Shown: positions 1 to 12,347 of the stretch, one piece after another
Layout: each line of letters starts with the position of its first letter
Position numbering within the stretch: the first letter of the stretch is position 1
Assembly (NCBI RefSeq): GCF_000315625.1
Contig: NW_005434578.1
Location: forward strand, 62,001-126,000
Source of the DNA: Guillardia theta CCMP2712
Taxonomy: Eukaryota; Protista; Cryptophyta
Direction: 5' to 3'
DNA: 64,000 bases
The notes under the pieces: model-generated
What the model saw: the letters and a program-made list of their open reading frames with translations, nothing else
What the model was told of the DNA's origin: nothing
The model's database searches: none
Made by a program: the position numbers and the translations under genes

Positions 1-47
1 AGGTAGGGAGACGAGAAGGGGGGGGGGAGGGGAAGGGGGGGAGGATC

Positions 48-1892
48 CTAGTCTGAGATGTACTCTACCTTGTCTGAGATGTACTTGACGAACTCGTCGA
101 ACACCTGAGGCGTGACGATGTCGTTGTCCTTCCAGATCAGCTTCTCGTTGACTAGATCCGGGTGTTCAACCGCCCACTTGCTTGCAAAGTTGAGGTAAGA
201 GCCTTGCTCCACCAACTGCAGCTCGATCTCCGACTGACTGGGTGCCGGTATCATCAGATCCGGTTCCACCCCTCCTCCGTCCCTTACGAGCCGGCCCTTG
301 GATGTCTTGAATACCTTCCTCTCCCCGTCCTTGACCACCCTCGACACGTACCCCTGCCCAGCTGGCACACTTGACCTACCCAACTTCGCCTCTTCCACCC
401 CTCCTTCCTGGTATTTAACGCTCTGGATGCATCGGCCGCTAGGCGTGTAGTACTTGGCGACCGTGTACTTGAGAGAAGTATCGTAGGGCAGGTGGGCAAC
501 CTGCTGAACGAGCCCCTTCCCAAACGTCTTCTCCCCCACGATGATGCCCCTGTCATGGTCCTGAATCGCGCCAGCAACAATCTCAGCTGCCGACGCCGTG
601 CGCCGGTCTGTCAACACGATCACCTTGGTGCTGGGATCGAGCACAGGATCACGCTGAGACGTGTATGACCATACGGGCCCATCCCTTCCCTTGGTAGTGA
701 CGATGACAGATCCCCGGGGGACAAACTGCTCAGCAACATCTACCGCACTGGTCAGGAGGCCACCAGGATTTCCGCGGAGGTCGAGCACAACTGCCTTCAG
801 CTTGCCGTCGGCTGTGCTTTCCTTGAGTTGCTCCAAGGCATTCTTCACTTCCCTGCCAGCGTCGACAGCGAACCCCTTGAGCTGGATGTACCCGATCGAG
901 TCCGCCCAAGGGCCAATGCGCATTGCCAGCGACACGTCCTTGATGTGGATCTGATCTCGATGAAGGACGACCTCACCCGGCTTCTCCAACCCATCCCGGT
1001 AGAACGCAACCCTCACATCCGACCCTGGCTTCCCTCTCAGCAGGTTCGTCACATCGGCAATGGATTTTCCATCCAGATACTCATCGTCAACTTTGAAGAT
1101 GTGATCTCCGGGCCGAAGACCGGCATCGTATGCGTACCCTTCAAGCGCATTCATGACCCTGAAACTTTTCGTCTCCTTCTCCCTCCCGTCACGCCCGATC
1201 TTCCAATCCTCTGCAAGCCCCACTCCAACCCCTCCGTACGTGCCAAACGTTTGAATCTGGAGGTTCTCCGCAGCCTTGTTGTTCTCGAACTCAGTGTATG
1301 GGTCGAGGGAGCCCAGCATCGCTCTCACTCCCGTCTCAAAGAGCTTCTCCGTCGACACTTTCTCCACATATCCAGTGTCGATGTCTCGGAGGATGTGCTC
1401 AAACAGAGCCACGTCCTCCACAACGCTCGAGCTGGGCTCCTGAATCTGCGGCTCCGGCACGAAGTAGACCAGGGAGACGAACATGGCCCCGGTAAGGACA
1501 ACGGAGCCAACGAGCCACGAGAAGATCGCAACAGGGACAGAGACCTTGAACGATGGTTGGAAGAGCATGTTCCAGATGTCCACCGCTCGCTGCAAGGGAC
1601 TCTTGACGCCCTGCTTCTCGTCTTCTTTCGAGACCCCGCTCATCGACACTCTCGTCAGGATGTTCAGCATCCTGTTGCTATGTCCGCCAGAACGGATCAT
1701 GTGGCGACACATGTCCCCTTTCCTTGGGCTGTGGGCAACACCCCTCGATGGAGTCGTAACGAATGCTGGCATGAGAATCGACTGGGGTGGTGTCAAGGGT
1801 CGGACAGGAGACAGCTGTAAAGAGTGGCGAACAACAGCAAGGAGAAGAAGACGTAGCAAGGACCGAGGAGAAACCATTGACGTCCTCTTCAT
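48..1892 (-). CDS. S41 family C-terminal processing peptidase (CtpA/Prc-like) with PDZ domain, probably plastid-targeted; probably continues past the window start after an intron
   Basis: MLGSLDPYT, GGVGVGL (PDZ), IGYIQL, DLRGNPGG, TASAAE (catalytic Ser), GEKTFGKG (Lys), KYYTPSGRCIQ. Hydrophobic N-terminus followed by PAF. Likely donor AAG|GTAGAG at 69/68. Confidence 0.9.
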   Translation of the reverse strand: MKRTSMVSPRSLLRLLLLAVVRHSLQLSPVRPLTPPQSILMPAFVTTPSRGVAHSPRKGDMCRHMIRSGGHSNRMLNILTRVSMSGVSKEDEKQGVKSPLQRAVDIWNMLFQPSFKVSVPVAIFSWLVGSVVLTGAMFVSLVYFVPEPQIQEPSSSVVEDVALFEHILRDIDTGYVEKVSTEKLFETGVRAMLGSLDPYTEFENNKAAENLQIQTFGTYGGVGVGLAEDWKIGRDGREKETKSFRVMNALEGYAYDAGLRPGDHIFKVDDEYLDGKSIADVTNLLRGKPGSDVRVAFYRDGLEKPGEVVLHRDQIHIKDVSLAMRIGPWADSIGYIQLKGFAVDAGREVKNALEQLKESTADGKLKAVVLDLRGNPGGLLTSAVDVAEQFVPRGSVIVTTKGRDGPVWSYTSQRDPVLDPSTKVIVLTDRRTASAAEIVAGAIQDHDRGIIVGEKTFGKGLVQQVAHLPYDTSLKYTVAKYYTPSGRCIQSVKYQEGGVEEAKLGRSSVPAGQGYVSRVVKDGERKVFKTSKGRLVRDGGGVEPDLMIPAPSQSEIELQLVEQGSYLNFASKWAVEHPDLVNEKLIWKDNDIVTPQVFDEFVKYISDKVEYISD

Positions 1893-2599
1893 CTGAGAAC
1901 ATGGTTAGGTCAGATGACTTGGCCTTTCGGAGCGCAAGCTCTTAGGAGGCTAAGTCTTCGTATAATTACGCCTCCTGTTGTCAACGAACACTACCATCCC
2001 CGACAAATAAAGGTAGAATCAACACCGTAAGATTGTACAAAAAATTGCTCGAAAAAGAAACTAAATCTTATCTCACAAACTAAGAGCTTCGCAATCGTGT
2101 TATGCATATGGTTCTTATTCAGCACTCTTCTTCCAGCTAGCTATTGTCGCTTTCTACCTTACAGGGCTGTCTAAATCGTGATCTTCTCTCTACATGACTA
2201 GTTCTGCATCGTAACATCGTGCACTCTATCATTCTATTTTCTCGACTAAGACACGTTTGTTTGCGCTTCCAAACTCTTCCTCTCTTATTATGCTCCTCCT
2301 CCGCCACGTTCCGCTTGCCATTTTCCGTGGCAGGGGTTACGATAGTAAGCATACTATAATTGTTTTTCCTGGCTCTAATATTTTGTGAGTACCAATAAAA
2401 CTTACTTAAAATATTTTATCTTGAAAACAAATTGATTTAGAAGATGCTAGTACAATATCCCTGTTGCGTGGTAGTCATGGTAATTACCAGTTAAAACCTT
2501 CTTTTGTTACCGTAACGGATTCACTGCGAACTCACGTTCCTTCACTGAATTCTCTGCCGTGAGATTGCGATCTCCATTTTTAAAATACAATGTAAGGAC

Positions 2600-3200
2600 A
2601 GATTCTCTGAGGCGGAGTGCTGACGGGCTGACCCTTCCTTTATAAGGTCCTCCGTCAGACTGGCGGCCGGCGGGCCCTCAGGCCTGAAAGTTCGTACGAG
2701 TCAGCCGGGCTGCTGACCCCGGCGGCGTCGGCGGACCGCGCCGGGTCACCGGCTGCTACTACGCAGGCCGGGCCGGCAGTGCCGGAGGCTAATTGCCGGT
2801 AACCGTCATGATGACCGTGACTAAGTTGCGGCAACTCAAATACTGGCTGGTACTAGCCTCCCACAAATCCACGCGGAGCCACCGCCCCTTCCCATGCGGG
2901 CTAAAGTGAGGCTTATTCATAGTATATACATGACCGTACAGTGCTGAGTGCGTCCGACTGTCACAGCCTCCCGGAGTCCGTGTGGGCCGCCCCGGCGGTG
3001 AATCATCATAGAATTGGAACTTCGGAACTTGCCGCAGTGCCGCTCATCATGTTGAGCCCGGCCTTACGGTTCCGACGAGGACTCAGTTTCACTACGGTAG
3101 TACAGTGTGGTCGCCGTGAGCCTCGGTCAAGGTCTGGCAACGGTCGGTCTGTCCCATACTGCCTGGACGCGCCTGGCAAGCCCGAAGGCTGAGGTGATTG
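2600..3200. other. GC-rich palindrome-dense intergenic island
   Basis: Dense CCGG/GGCC/GTAC/TGAC words, AACTT cluster at 3017-3030, no credible ORF. Confidence 0.7.
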
Positions 3201-3257
3201 CACCAGTCCACGTCCATCAGCAGACGATGTCCCGGCAGGGTCAACAGTCGAGAGAGT

Positions 3258-5111
3258 CTAGAGACGGGACAATCGAGGTCCGTGCTGCTCCTTGGAAGGC
3301 TCCATGTCGATGACCTGTCAACGATTCAAACATGGAGGTGAGGAGAGGAGACGGTCACGTTAGCGATGAGAGGAGCGAGAGAAAGGACTTCAAACGGCCC
3401 CTTGCCGTTCACAAGCTCCGCCTGTAGGAGTGGGTGAGTTCCTCCGTAAGGACGCGCGAATAGGATACCTGCAAAGGGCAAGAATCTGTGATCCAAACCT
3501 TCTGAAAGGGGCCGCCGAGGAACTTTCGGTATGCGGCGTTGGGGAAAACCTAGTGGGAGAGTGTGGGAGAGGAGCAACAAAGCTGTCACGAGCTTGAACT
3601 CACTGCATGCGTGCAGAAGGCGCTGACTGATACAGCTCCCAACTCCAGCAACGCCTGAAGACAACAATCAAAAGTCTCCAGGTCAACATTCTGGTTGTGT
3701 ACCTTGCCGCACTCAATCAAAGTTCCACCAGATTGTATCAGGTCATCAACAAGTACGCAATGCTTTCCCTTGGCATTCCCTGACCACGAAAACTTCAACT
3801 CCCTATGCATTTAAGATGCGAGAACCTTCTTTGACGGTGATTTTTCTCTCGTCGCCAGTGCGAACCTTGGTAGCAATGTAAGACCAAACGCTTTTGCAAC
3901 AATGCGCGAATACTTTCATGCAGATCACGGTATCGAAAGACTTGAACATGCTGTGATATCTCATGTATGCTCCCATGTCAGGGAAGGCAATTGTCCAGTA
4001 ATGAGGCTTGTTGTTCGTTGTGTCAAACCTGGAGCGAGATCTCAGCCAAGTGAACTTGAGCAATCAAACCAGACAACACCTCTCGAGGGCCTCGGCCTCA
4101 AGTTTTTGTAGGAGCAGCGTGACCCCGCTGAGAGAGACGATCTTGGTCAGAATCCTCCGTACCAAATGACGCACTTGACCTCTCCAAGACAGGTATAACG
4201 TTGTCCCCGAAGTAGAATCGCTCCTGCGAACATGTCAGCAACGAGAAGATCGCTGTTTAGTCCCTCCTTAACCTGTAGCGCGTGTATATCGTAGATTACA
4301 AGATCCATGGGTCCTCCACTACAACAATTATCAGAGGACACAATGTGGAGTTCTCAGTTCTACTCACCGACATGGAGGGACCGACGAGAGAATCCTAGCA
4401 AGAGTCCTCGCTGTTGCTATCTCCCCTTCCTGATCCACTCGCTCCATGGTGCCCACCTGCATGCGATTCGCGATGAGGCTCTAGGATTTCCTGGTGCGGG
4501 AGCATACCGGAAAGAATGGGAGGATGATCTTGATGCTGTGGGGAGCGTATTGCGGCAAGGAGCAAAGTACCTACAATCATCATGTCAAGAGCTGCTGATC
4601 AGGCTGTGTAAGAAGAGGAGAACAGATGGATTTGAGATTTCAGGGTGTGCACTTTCAACTTCAACAGCTCGTATCTTGTGATGAACATCCACTTACACTC
4701 ATCTGCTCGAAAATCTCGCCGGCGTTGCTGAAACAGCACAAGAACACAACATGGCATCCCTGGAAAGAGGCATCGCTCAGAGCACGTGCCAGGATACTGT
4801 GTTCTACAGCACCTTGATCGACTCAACATCGTGTACAAAAATATTGGGGAACCCGTCTGGGAATTTCTTCCATGAGATGGTTCCCAGCGTGACCCCTCTA
4901 GTGTGTTGTACAACCTATTGCGATCAGATCATCTCACTCAGGTATCAGTCTGACAGCAGGGCTGCATACTTTCTCGCCGAGCTTCCTCATCTGCGGTGCG
5001 CACAGGAGCACGACCCTTGTTGCCTGCGCGAAGGTCATCAAGCAGCGAGCATGCAGCCGTTCCGAGCACCGGCTTCACGAAGAACAGCGATGTTCCGGTG
5101 GATGATGACAT
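3258..5111 (-). CDS. PRS: Ribose-phosphate pyrophosphokinase, class II (plant PRS3/PRS4-like), many exons
   Basis: Exon peptides [116 protein letters not shown], separated by short GT-AG introns. Confidence 0.9.
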
Positions 5112-5549
5112 GAGAGATGTATCCTTGAGAACGTTTCAGAGTCAAAAATCTGGGCAGGTCAGGTCAGTATGGTTCTCGTTTGTTACTTCGCTTGATAAGA
5201 GGGAGGGTATACCCCCCCCCGCCCGCTCTTCCTCGCCCCGCCCTCCGTCAACCACTCAACCACTTTCAACCACAAGTATCCGTTGCCCTGCTCTGAAGCT
5301 GAATTTGTACACATGCTACTCTGCCCTCAGCTCTGTGCTAGGAGAGGCCCTGCACTTCTTGATTTCCCCATGTTTCGATTTCCGCCCTCTCCGTTCCAGT
5401 CCATCCAAACCTCTCCAACAACCTCTTGAGACACCCCGTTGCGCATGCTGCTCTTCATCTGATGGTTCCTCCCTCCACCTGTCCCCTTTCTCCTCCCCCA
5501 CACAGCTCCCTCCCTCCCCTCCTCGCGCAGTAGCTCCTGTGGCCGAGGG

Positions 5550-6272
5550 ACGCATGCTGCGAGCCTTCATGCTAACTTTGATGAGTACCACCCTACCCTT
5601 TCAAATGTGACAGATTCTCCAAAAACTACCGGTCCTGTGTGCTCCCAGTTTCGTATGCTCGGAGTACATGAAGACTGAACAACATGTGGATAGGTTGAGA
5701 GTAAGGAAGAGCAGAGAGAGGCAAGATCAGGTACAGCAGTGAAGAGGAGCCTTGGACGGGCAGGAGGTCCTTGGGCAGGAAGCGAGATCTGAGATAGGCA
5801 AGCAATCCTGCAGATTGTGGGAGGATTTTAGAAATGTTTACGTGCTTTTCAATCATGCGAAGTAGGGCTGAACATGCGATCGACAGACCGACTTCAGTGT
5901 AGTCATATCCACTTGTATGCTGACATGCGCTATCAGAACGGCACCGGCCATGGGCTCAGCGGGGAAGATTCACGTATCCGGCGAGGTACAAGCAGGGGGG
6001 GCTTCGCAAATCGCAGCTGTGGTAGGATGGAGGGGGCTGAAAGATGGAGACTGACGTATGTGCAGTTCTTGATAGTGATCATTTCGGGGATCTTGATGTG
6101 GGCAGTCCGCTACAAAATCGATCGGGATAAGACTGTAGAGGCAAAAAAGAACAGGGTCGTTCCGCATTCCCGCAAGGCGCTCCTGAAGAGCAAGCTAGAA
6201 GGGTTGCAAGCAGAATGTAACAAGCTGAAGAAGGAACGACAAGCAGTTCTCAAAAAGGCAAAAAATAGTTGA
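5550..6272 (+). CDS. Hypothetical small membrane protein with C-terminal coiled coil (multi-exon, start uncertain)
   Basis: Last exon encodes FLIVIISGILMWAVRY followed by a K/E-rich helix ending at a stop. Confidence 0.4.
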
Positions 6273-6345
6273 TCACTTTCATTCAATTAACGGCACAACA
6301 CGCCGGTCTCACTTTCAACACACGCACTCTCGCTTCCGCACGCAC

Positions 6346-7305
6346 TCATCCAGTCCAGAACTCCGCTTGCTTGCCTGCTATCCTCCTCCTCTTCAGCCAC
6401 TGGCTCTTGCTGGATCGAGACGAGGCGCCAGTGACCTTGAAGAGCTCCCACGGAAAGACAAAGTAGATGGGCAGTATGATGACAACCAGCACCGAGAAAA
6501 ATCCAGAGAGCACCTCCATGGTCTGGAACAGGGAGTGGACGCCGGCGGGATGCTTGCTCTTCCACTTCTCTCCGTACTCGTGAACTTCATGCTTCATGAT
6601 GTCAGCTCTGGTCACCTTGTGCCATCCTCCCTCCGACGTCTCAACCACTTCGACGGCGTTCTTGAACTCGTCGAACTGGATCATGCCGTCGCCGTCGGCG
6701 TCCATCTCCACCAGGAACGCATCCATCTCCTCCATCGTCATCAGGCGCTCGATGTACTTCTCCTCTTCGAGGTACAGCAGGGCACTTCGAAGGTCCTCAC
6801 GAGAGATGGCGCCGGTACCCTCAGGGTCCCACTTGTTGAAGGTCTCGTGTAGGATGTGAGACATCTCAGCTTCTATGAGCAGCAGCTTCTTTCCTGCCTT
6901 GCTCTGGCTTTGTCTCTTCTTGATCATCATGGCTGAGCCCGCACGTCAAACATGACAACAAAGAGTTCATATCTCACCGTCAATGTGGCTTTTGCCCTCG
7001 ATGGCAGCATGGGAGACACTTGGAGAGCCGAGGAGTACCCCAGAGCTTCCGAACAAGAAGACTAGTGCAAGAAGAGCAGACTTGAACAGCTTCGCCCATG
7101 TCTTGGCATGGTTCTTGACTTTTGACAACAAGTTCCCATTCAGCGGCTTCATGCTCGACTCCTTGGCTGTATCCAACTGAAACGCAGCTTGGCGAGAGCG
7201 CAATGCGGTAGTGTGCAGGTTGAGTCCTCTTCCGTGTTTGAGGAGAGGAATATTCGAGAATGCTGATGAGAGTCCGATGATCGAGCAGATCACCAAGAGA
7301 AACAT
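6346..7305 (-). CDS. Plastid-targeted EF-hand membrane protein (2 exons: 7305-6978, 6932-6346)
   Basis: Signal peptide ending SSAF. A 45-nt GT-AG intron (6933-6977) joins the exons in frame. EF loops DPEGTGAISRED and DADGDGMIQFDE. C-terminal TM helix. Confidence 0.85.
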
Positions 7306-8727
7306 CGTAACTGTCCGAGAGTGAACCTGGAAAGCGTGCGTAAGCTACCAAACCGTATCTTGCAAGGTATCTGCCAGAGAGGTGTCTTACCGTGTACAGC
7401 ATCCTATTTGCAAGAGGGTTAGACGACTTGCCGAACCTTGAGAGGGCGGAAATCAGACACGGTCTCCGATTCCTCGCAAAGGGGGCGATGGAGGGTAGGG
7501 GATTGTACGAAAGCTCACCTGGATCTGCGGGGAAGGGGAGTGTCCCTGAGGATGGAAGAGGAGGAGGAGCCCTTCTGCAACCTAAACAAGAGTAGGCGGT
7601 GTGGGGGTAGAATGCGAGAGAGATATCAGACAGCTAGCGGAGAAACGTTTTCGCTGCTGTATCAGGGGAGAGCATGGAACAAGGGACGTCCTTACGGTCT
7701 TCATAAAGGAACCAGCACCCCTTGAGAGTAGGTGGGGGGTAGGGGGTGATTTTCTTTTACTATGAGAGAATGGCGCCAAGGCCATCCCCATGTAACAAGA
7801 TTTTCTTCGAGTCTTCATATATGAAAAAACGGCACTGCTTGATTTATCGTAAGCAAAACTCACTTGGGTGCGTATCACGTACCCATATCCTTCTTGTACC
7901 CCCGTTATAGGTTGATTACTACCCCTCCATCCGAAAATCTTCATCTACGGGATTTCTCGATTTTCAAGCTCATATTTGAACTCGGCTCTTCAATATTTCA
8001 AATAATACCTCATTTATTTTTCATTGCTGAAGAATAAAGTGTGTACATGCCCGAAATCTGCTTTCGTTCTCTTCACAGCTGGCTTAGTTTAGTTCATCTA
8101 AACCCGGGTTTTGCCAAACCTGTCGATCGCCCTGGATTAGTTTGCTCTTTGCTCCCTGATCTAAACCTCTGAGGCAGCCTTCATTCGTGGGCAACGGCTT
8201 CAGTTGTTGAGTAAAAATGAGGGATGCTGGTCGACCATCTTGCTGGTGTCCAGCTCCAACGGCCACAGTTCGGTACTGTAGCCATGGCGATAGAGACATG
8301 CGATGCTAGAGGTAGAGGGCTCGCGGTTATGGTGAGAGAGAGAGAGAGAGAAGGGACGATGCTGAACTACTGAGAGGAGGCACTTAAGAGACGTGGGTGG
8401 GACAGCGCTGACCGGGTTCAAGCTCCATCTACTGCGTCGAACTTCAAGAGTGTATAGCGAGAGGAGGAGCGAGAGGAGGAGCAGGATCGAGAAATGTTCT
8501 AGTGGGTGTAGTGTGACCTTGACAAACGTTGAGACATGCTAGTTGCATCGTCAGCTAATGGAATGCAACGAGTGAGCAAACGAAATGCAAGCAGTACTCA
8601 GATACTCTTGGATGTGCAGACCTCAATGTTGTCTTGATCCAATCATCGAGTCAACACGCAAGCAGGAAGGTTCTAACTCTTATCCTGAACCAGCATCTTT
8701 CATTCCATTCATCGTGGAGGAGCAGCG

Positions 8728-10614
8728 ATGACACAGGGGGAGGACGCCAACGTTCAAGGAGGGAGGGACTCCGTCAAGACAAGGTGCTGAAATAGGACTT
8801 GGGGAAGGGACCTGGGGAAGGAACTTGGGCTGTTGGCTGACGGGGCAACGTCAGGGACTCGAGATCAAGACCGCAAAGTCACATAGGAGCCAGGGCATCT
8901 GACTTCAAGGTATGCGGGAGAGAGGAGGCAGAATAGGGGGTGAGCCGACCCCATCAGGGGCCCCCTTGGATGAACCCCGGAGTTGATGTCACCAACGCGC
9001 TGCTGAAACAGGAGGTGCGACCTCTGTGATGGTGTGCGAGGAGAATCTTGTGATGACTGTCTGTATCATGTAGTTTGAGACGATGATGAAGAAGAAGAGG
9101 GAGGATGAGTACTACAACCAGAAGCTCAATATCCAGAAGAAGCCGCCAGTGGAAAATGTGCTCGCAACGAAGTGCCACTGGTTGTTTGACTGTGCAAGCA
9201 GCTCCCGAAGAAGACATGGAGGTTCTACATGCACGTCGGATCCAACGGGAACTTGTGGAGTGACCTCGAGCGGATGCCGGCGGAACGCAGGTTGGCAACC
9301 GATCCTATCATACCATTTGATATTGACTCGGTCGCAAGGCATCTGGTTTTAACCCCGACTGTGATGAAGGGGCAAGAAGAGCATATCAGTGAGATAGACG
9401 CTCGTTCCCTGTCTTTTGCTGAGGATGGGACGCAGAGCATGTTCAGCGACATATGGAGCAGGAGCTGGTCAGTCATATTGACAGGATAGAGAGGGTCAAC
9501 TGTGAGAGGAGTATACGGAGGTACGGGAGGGTGGGTGCATGCCTGACGGTCTCCTGAGCTGCCTTGTAGGTACGCGCTGCAAGAGCAGCAGATGAAGAAC
9601 ATAGAGATCTACATGCGAGCAAGACAGGTGAGGGAGACAAGAGCCTGCTGGAGTCGATGCTCACTGCTCGCGCACAGAAACGCCCCTTCTCAGCGCATGC
9701 TGCATTGCTGTCGCAACATATCAGAACAGGTTCGTGAGGCGTCGAGTAGAGGAGCCGTGCTGATTGTGTTTTCAGCCGAAACGGGCGAAACTTCTACCCA
9801 GGTGGCGCCTGAGCTCGCAGCGAGGACCATCCTTACCCTGCACCTTCAGGAGCATGAGGGCACCTGCCAGAAGGAGATCCATGGTAGAGACCTGGAGGCA
9901 TCAGCACAGGGACGAGCCACGAGTTCTCTGTGGAAGGCGAATGAGTTTCATGAGGTATCTTCCTCCTCTCCACTCTCCAACTCCAACTCCTTATTCCCAT
10001 CCTCATCCTCATCCTCCCTTCCTTATCCTCATCCTCATCCTCGTTCACCTCCTCCCTTCCCCATCCTCATCCTCATACTCGTTCACCTCCTCATTCATGT
10101 CATGGCATGCCCTTGACCTCTCGCCAGGTGCAGCGCCCTGCGTCAGCTCTACCCGGGAACGTCTTCAAGAAGTTCGCTTTCACCACCCAGCTGAACCCAG
10201 AGCAGTGGAGTGAGGCGACTAGGAGGCATGGCATCTGCTTCCCGATCGCAGCTCGTGACGTTGCTGGCAGGAGGCTGCGGACGCGGGAAAGAATGACGTG
10301 GGAGATCAACCGACCAGACCTTGCTGAGCATGCCAACGCACTGGCAGAGCAGAAGGTGAGGGAGCAGAGGAAGCGCTCGGGGTCGCACATGAAGTGACGG
10401 TCGGTACAGGCGGTACTGGAGGAGGAGTACCTGACGGCGAAGCAGAAGGAGCTGCGGGTTCGTTGGCTCTGCTCGTTGTGATGGGGATCTGACATGCAGC
10501 AGGACAAGCGGACGCTGGTCATGCAGACGATGAAGGAAAGACAGTCAAAAAGAGCTGAGCTTGAGCTCAAGTCAGGGCAGATCAAGAGCAGGAGGTAAGC
10601 TGGAAGAGAAGTTG

Positions 10615-10660
<46 letters not shown>

Positions 10661-10819
10661 CTGATTCTATTTCTGACCCTTCGGACTTAGTTTGATGCGG
10701 ACGAGGAGCGAGCCGGCCCGGATACCCTGGCGACCGAGGTGATAGAGGAGGAAGCGGAGACGAACGAGACTGACGCGGGTCTACAGTGCGTGAACATGTG
10801 GGGAGGAGGAGAGATTTGA
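8728..10819 (+). CDS. Hypothetical multi-exon protein, coiled-coil C-terminus
   Basis: Series of short exon-like ORFs bounded by GT/AG (MKKKREDEYYNQKLNIQKKPP; YALQEQQMKNIEIYMRARQ; DLAEHANALAEQK). No family recognised. Confidence 0.5.
10616..10660 (+). repeat. (GAGGAC)n microsatellite, probably intronic
   Basis: Tandem hexamer following a GTAAG donor. Confidence 0.9.
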
Positions 10820-10881
10820 GTTTTTGCCGTTGTTGTCGCCCAAATAGAGTTAATAATCTAATGTTCTGAATTGATTCGCTC

Positions 10882-11084
10882 CTATTCTGCCCCCTCATCG
10901 TCGTAATCACTCAGTAACTGGTCCAGGGCCCATCTCGCTACCTGCAAGCTACGTCACTTCCTCCTCCCTCCCTCCCTCCCCCCCNNNNNNNNNNNNNNNN
11001 NNNNNNNNNNNNNNNNNNNNNNNNNNNNNNNNNNNNNNNNNNNNNNNNNNNNNNNNNNNNNNNNNNNNNNNNNNNNNNNNNNNN

Positions 11085-11126
<42 letters not shown>

Positions 11127-12347
11127 ACTCTAACAAAAGCCCCCTCCTACCTCCTCTCGACTCCCCTTCCTCTTACTTCCCTCCTCTCCGTCCCATCGCC
11201 ACATCCTCTCTTTCTCCCCATCCTATCCTTCCTTGCACACTGCACGGACTCACTCTCGCCAGCTCGGCGATGGCGTAGAGTGCATTTGCACTGACAAGCT
11301 TGTCGGTGGGAAGGGACTCGGGGGAGGAGATCATCTCAAGAAGCGCTTCTAGGGCGAATCTGCGGCAAAACATCTCAATGTAAGCAAGGGACCAAGAAGA
11401 GGTAGGACGGGGTCAGGACGATTGAGCTGCAGTTGTCCTCCGAATTCTCCGCCAACATCGCCAACGCCCATGCAGCCTGAGAAAGGTTCAGGTCGGTTCC
11501 ATCCTTCAGCTCTCAGCACCTGCTCTTTCCCTGGATCGGATCCTGTCGCGCAAATGTGGACAAGAGCAGCGATGGAGCCTTCGGTGTTTGCAAGCGAGAC
11601 TCTGTTCTCCTCGTTGTCTCTCACTACCTCAGCGATGCTGTACGCCGCTCGCTCTCTCGCCTCGTCCGACGAGCAGCAGGCGACCTTGACCAGAGCGTTC
11701 ATCGCTTCTGGTATGCTTCCTATGCTCCTCCTGTTCTCTTCGCTCTCGTTCGCTAGCGAGCCAAGGGCCCACGCTACGTTGGCTCTGCAAGCGTGTGACA
11801 TGGAGCAGGAGGAGGTGGTTCAAGTCAGAGAAACACCTGCAGTCGTCGGGTAGGTCGTCATTATCTGCCATCTCAACGAGCATCTGAGTGTCTTGTCAAG
11901 TCGCAACAATCATTACAAGCAGCGCACTGCTAACAGTCCTCGAGCTCGCCCTAGCAGCTGCTGGTTGCTGCTGTCGGAAGCCAAGAGGGCGATCATCAGG
12001 CACGCATACCTGAAAGGTATCAGCAACTCAGAACGGGAGAGCGAGAAGATCAGACACAACTTTTTTGATTTGTCACTTCCATCCTCGCACAGCCGGAGAA
12101 GCGCATCGACGGCACTTGGATCTTGACTAAAAAGAATCTTCCAAGCAGGTTAACAAGCGTCCTGAAGCAACAAGATCCACTCGCCTGATAATCGTCAGAC
12201 TCCGTCATCTAACGTGGCATCGTCAGGCAAACATCTCAAGAGCGCATAACTTCATACCATCTCCGCTAGCCTGAAGATCGCGTTCTCAGGATCCTCCCCT
12301 GATAGCTCCCGTAGAGCCGTACAGAACTCCTCCTCTTTGTTCGGCAT
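10882..12347 (-). CDS. Armadillo-repeat protein (multi-exon; one intron spans the assembly gap)
   Basis: ARM-type repeats ANVAWALGSLANESEENRRSIG, ERAAYSIAEVVRDNEENRVSLA, ANALYAIAELAR. Last exon VARWALDQLLSDYDDEGAE* at 10941-10882. Confidence 0.8.
10985..11084. other. Assembly gap (100 N) flanked by a C-rich tract and (CTCCTG)n
   Basis: Run of N. Confidence 1.

Noticed and set aside
828-1820. 330-aa plus-strand ORF (similarly 17891-18727, 35959-36723, 49019-49666)
   Set aside because: Antisense shadows of well-supported genes.
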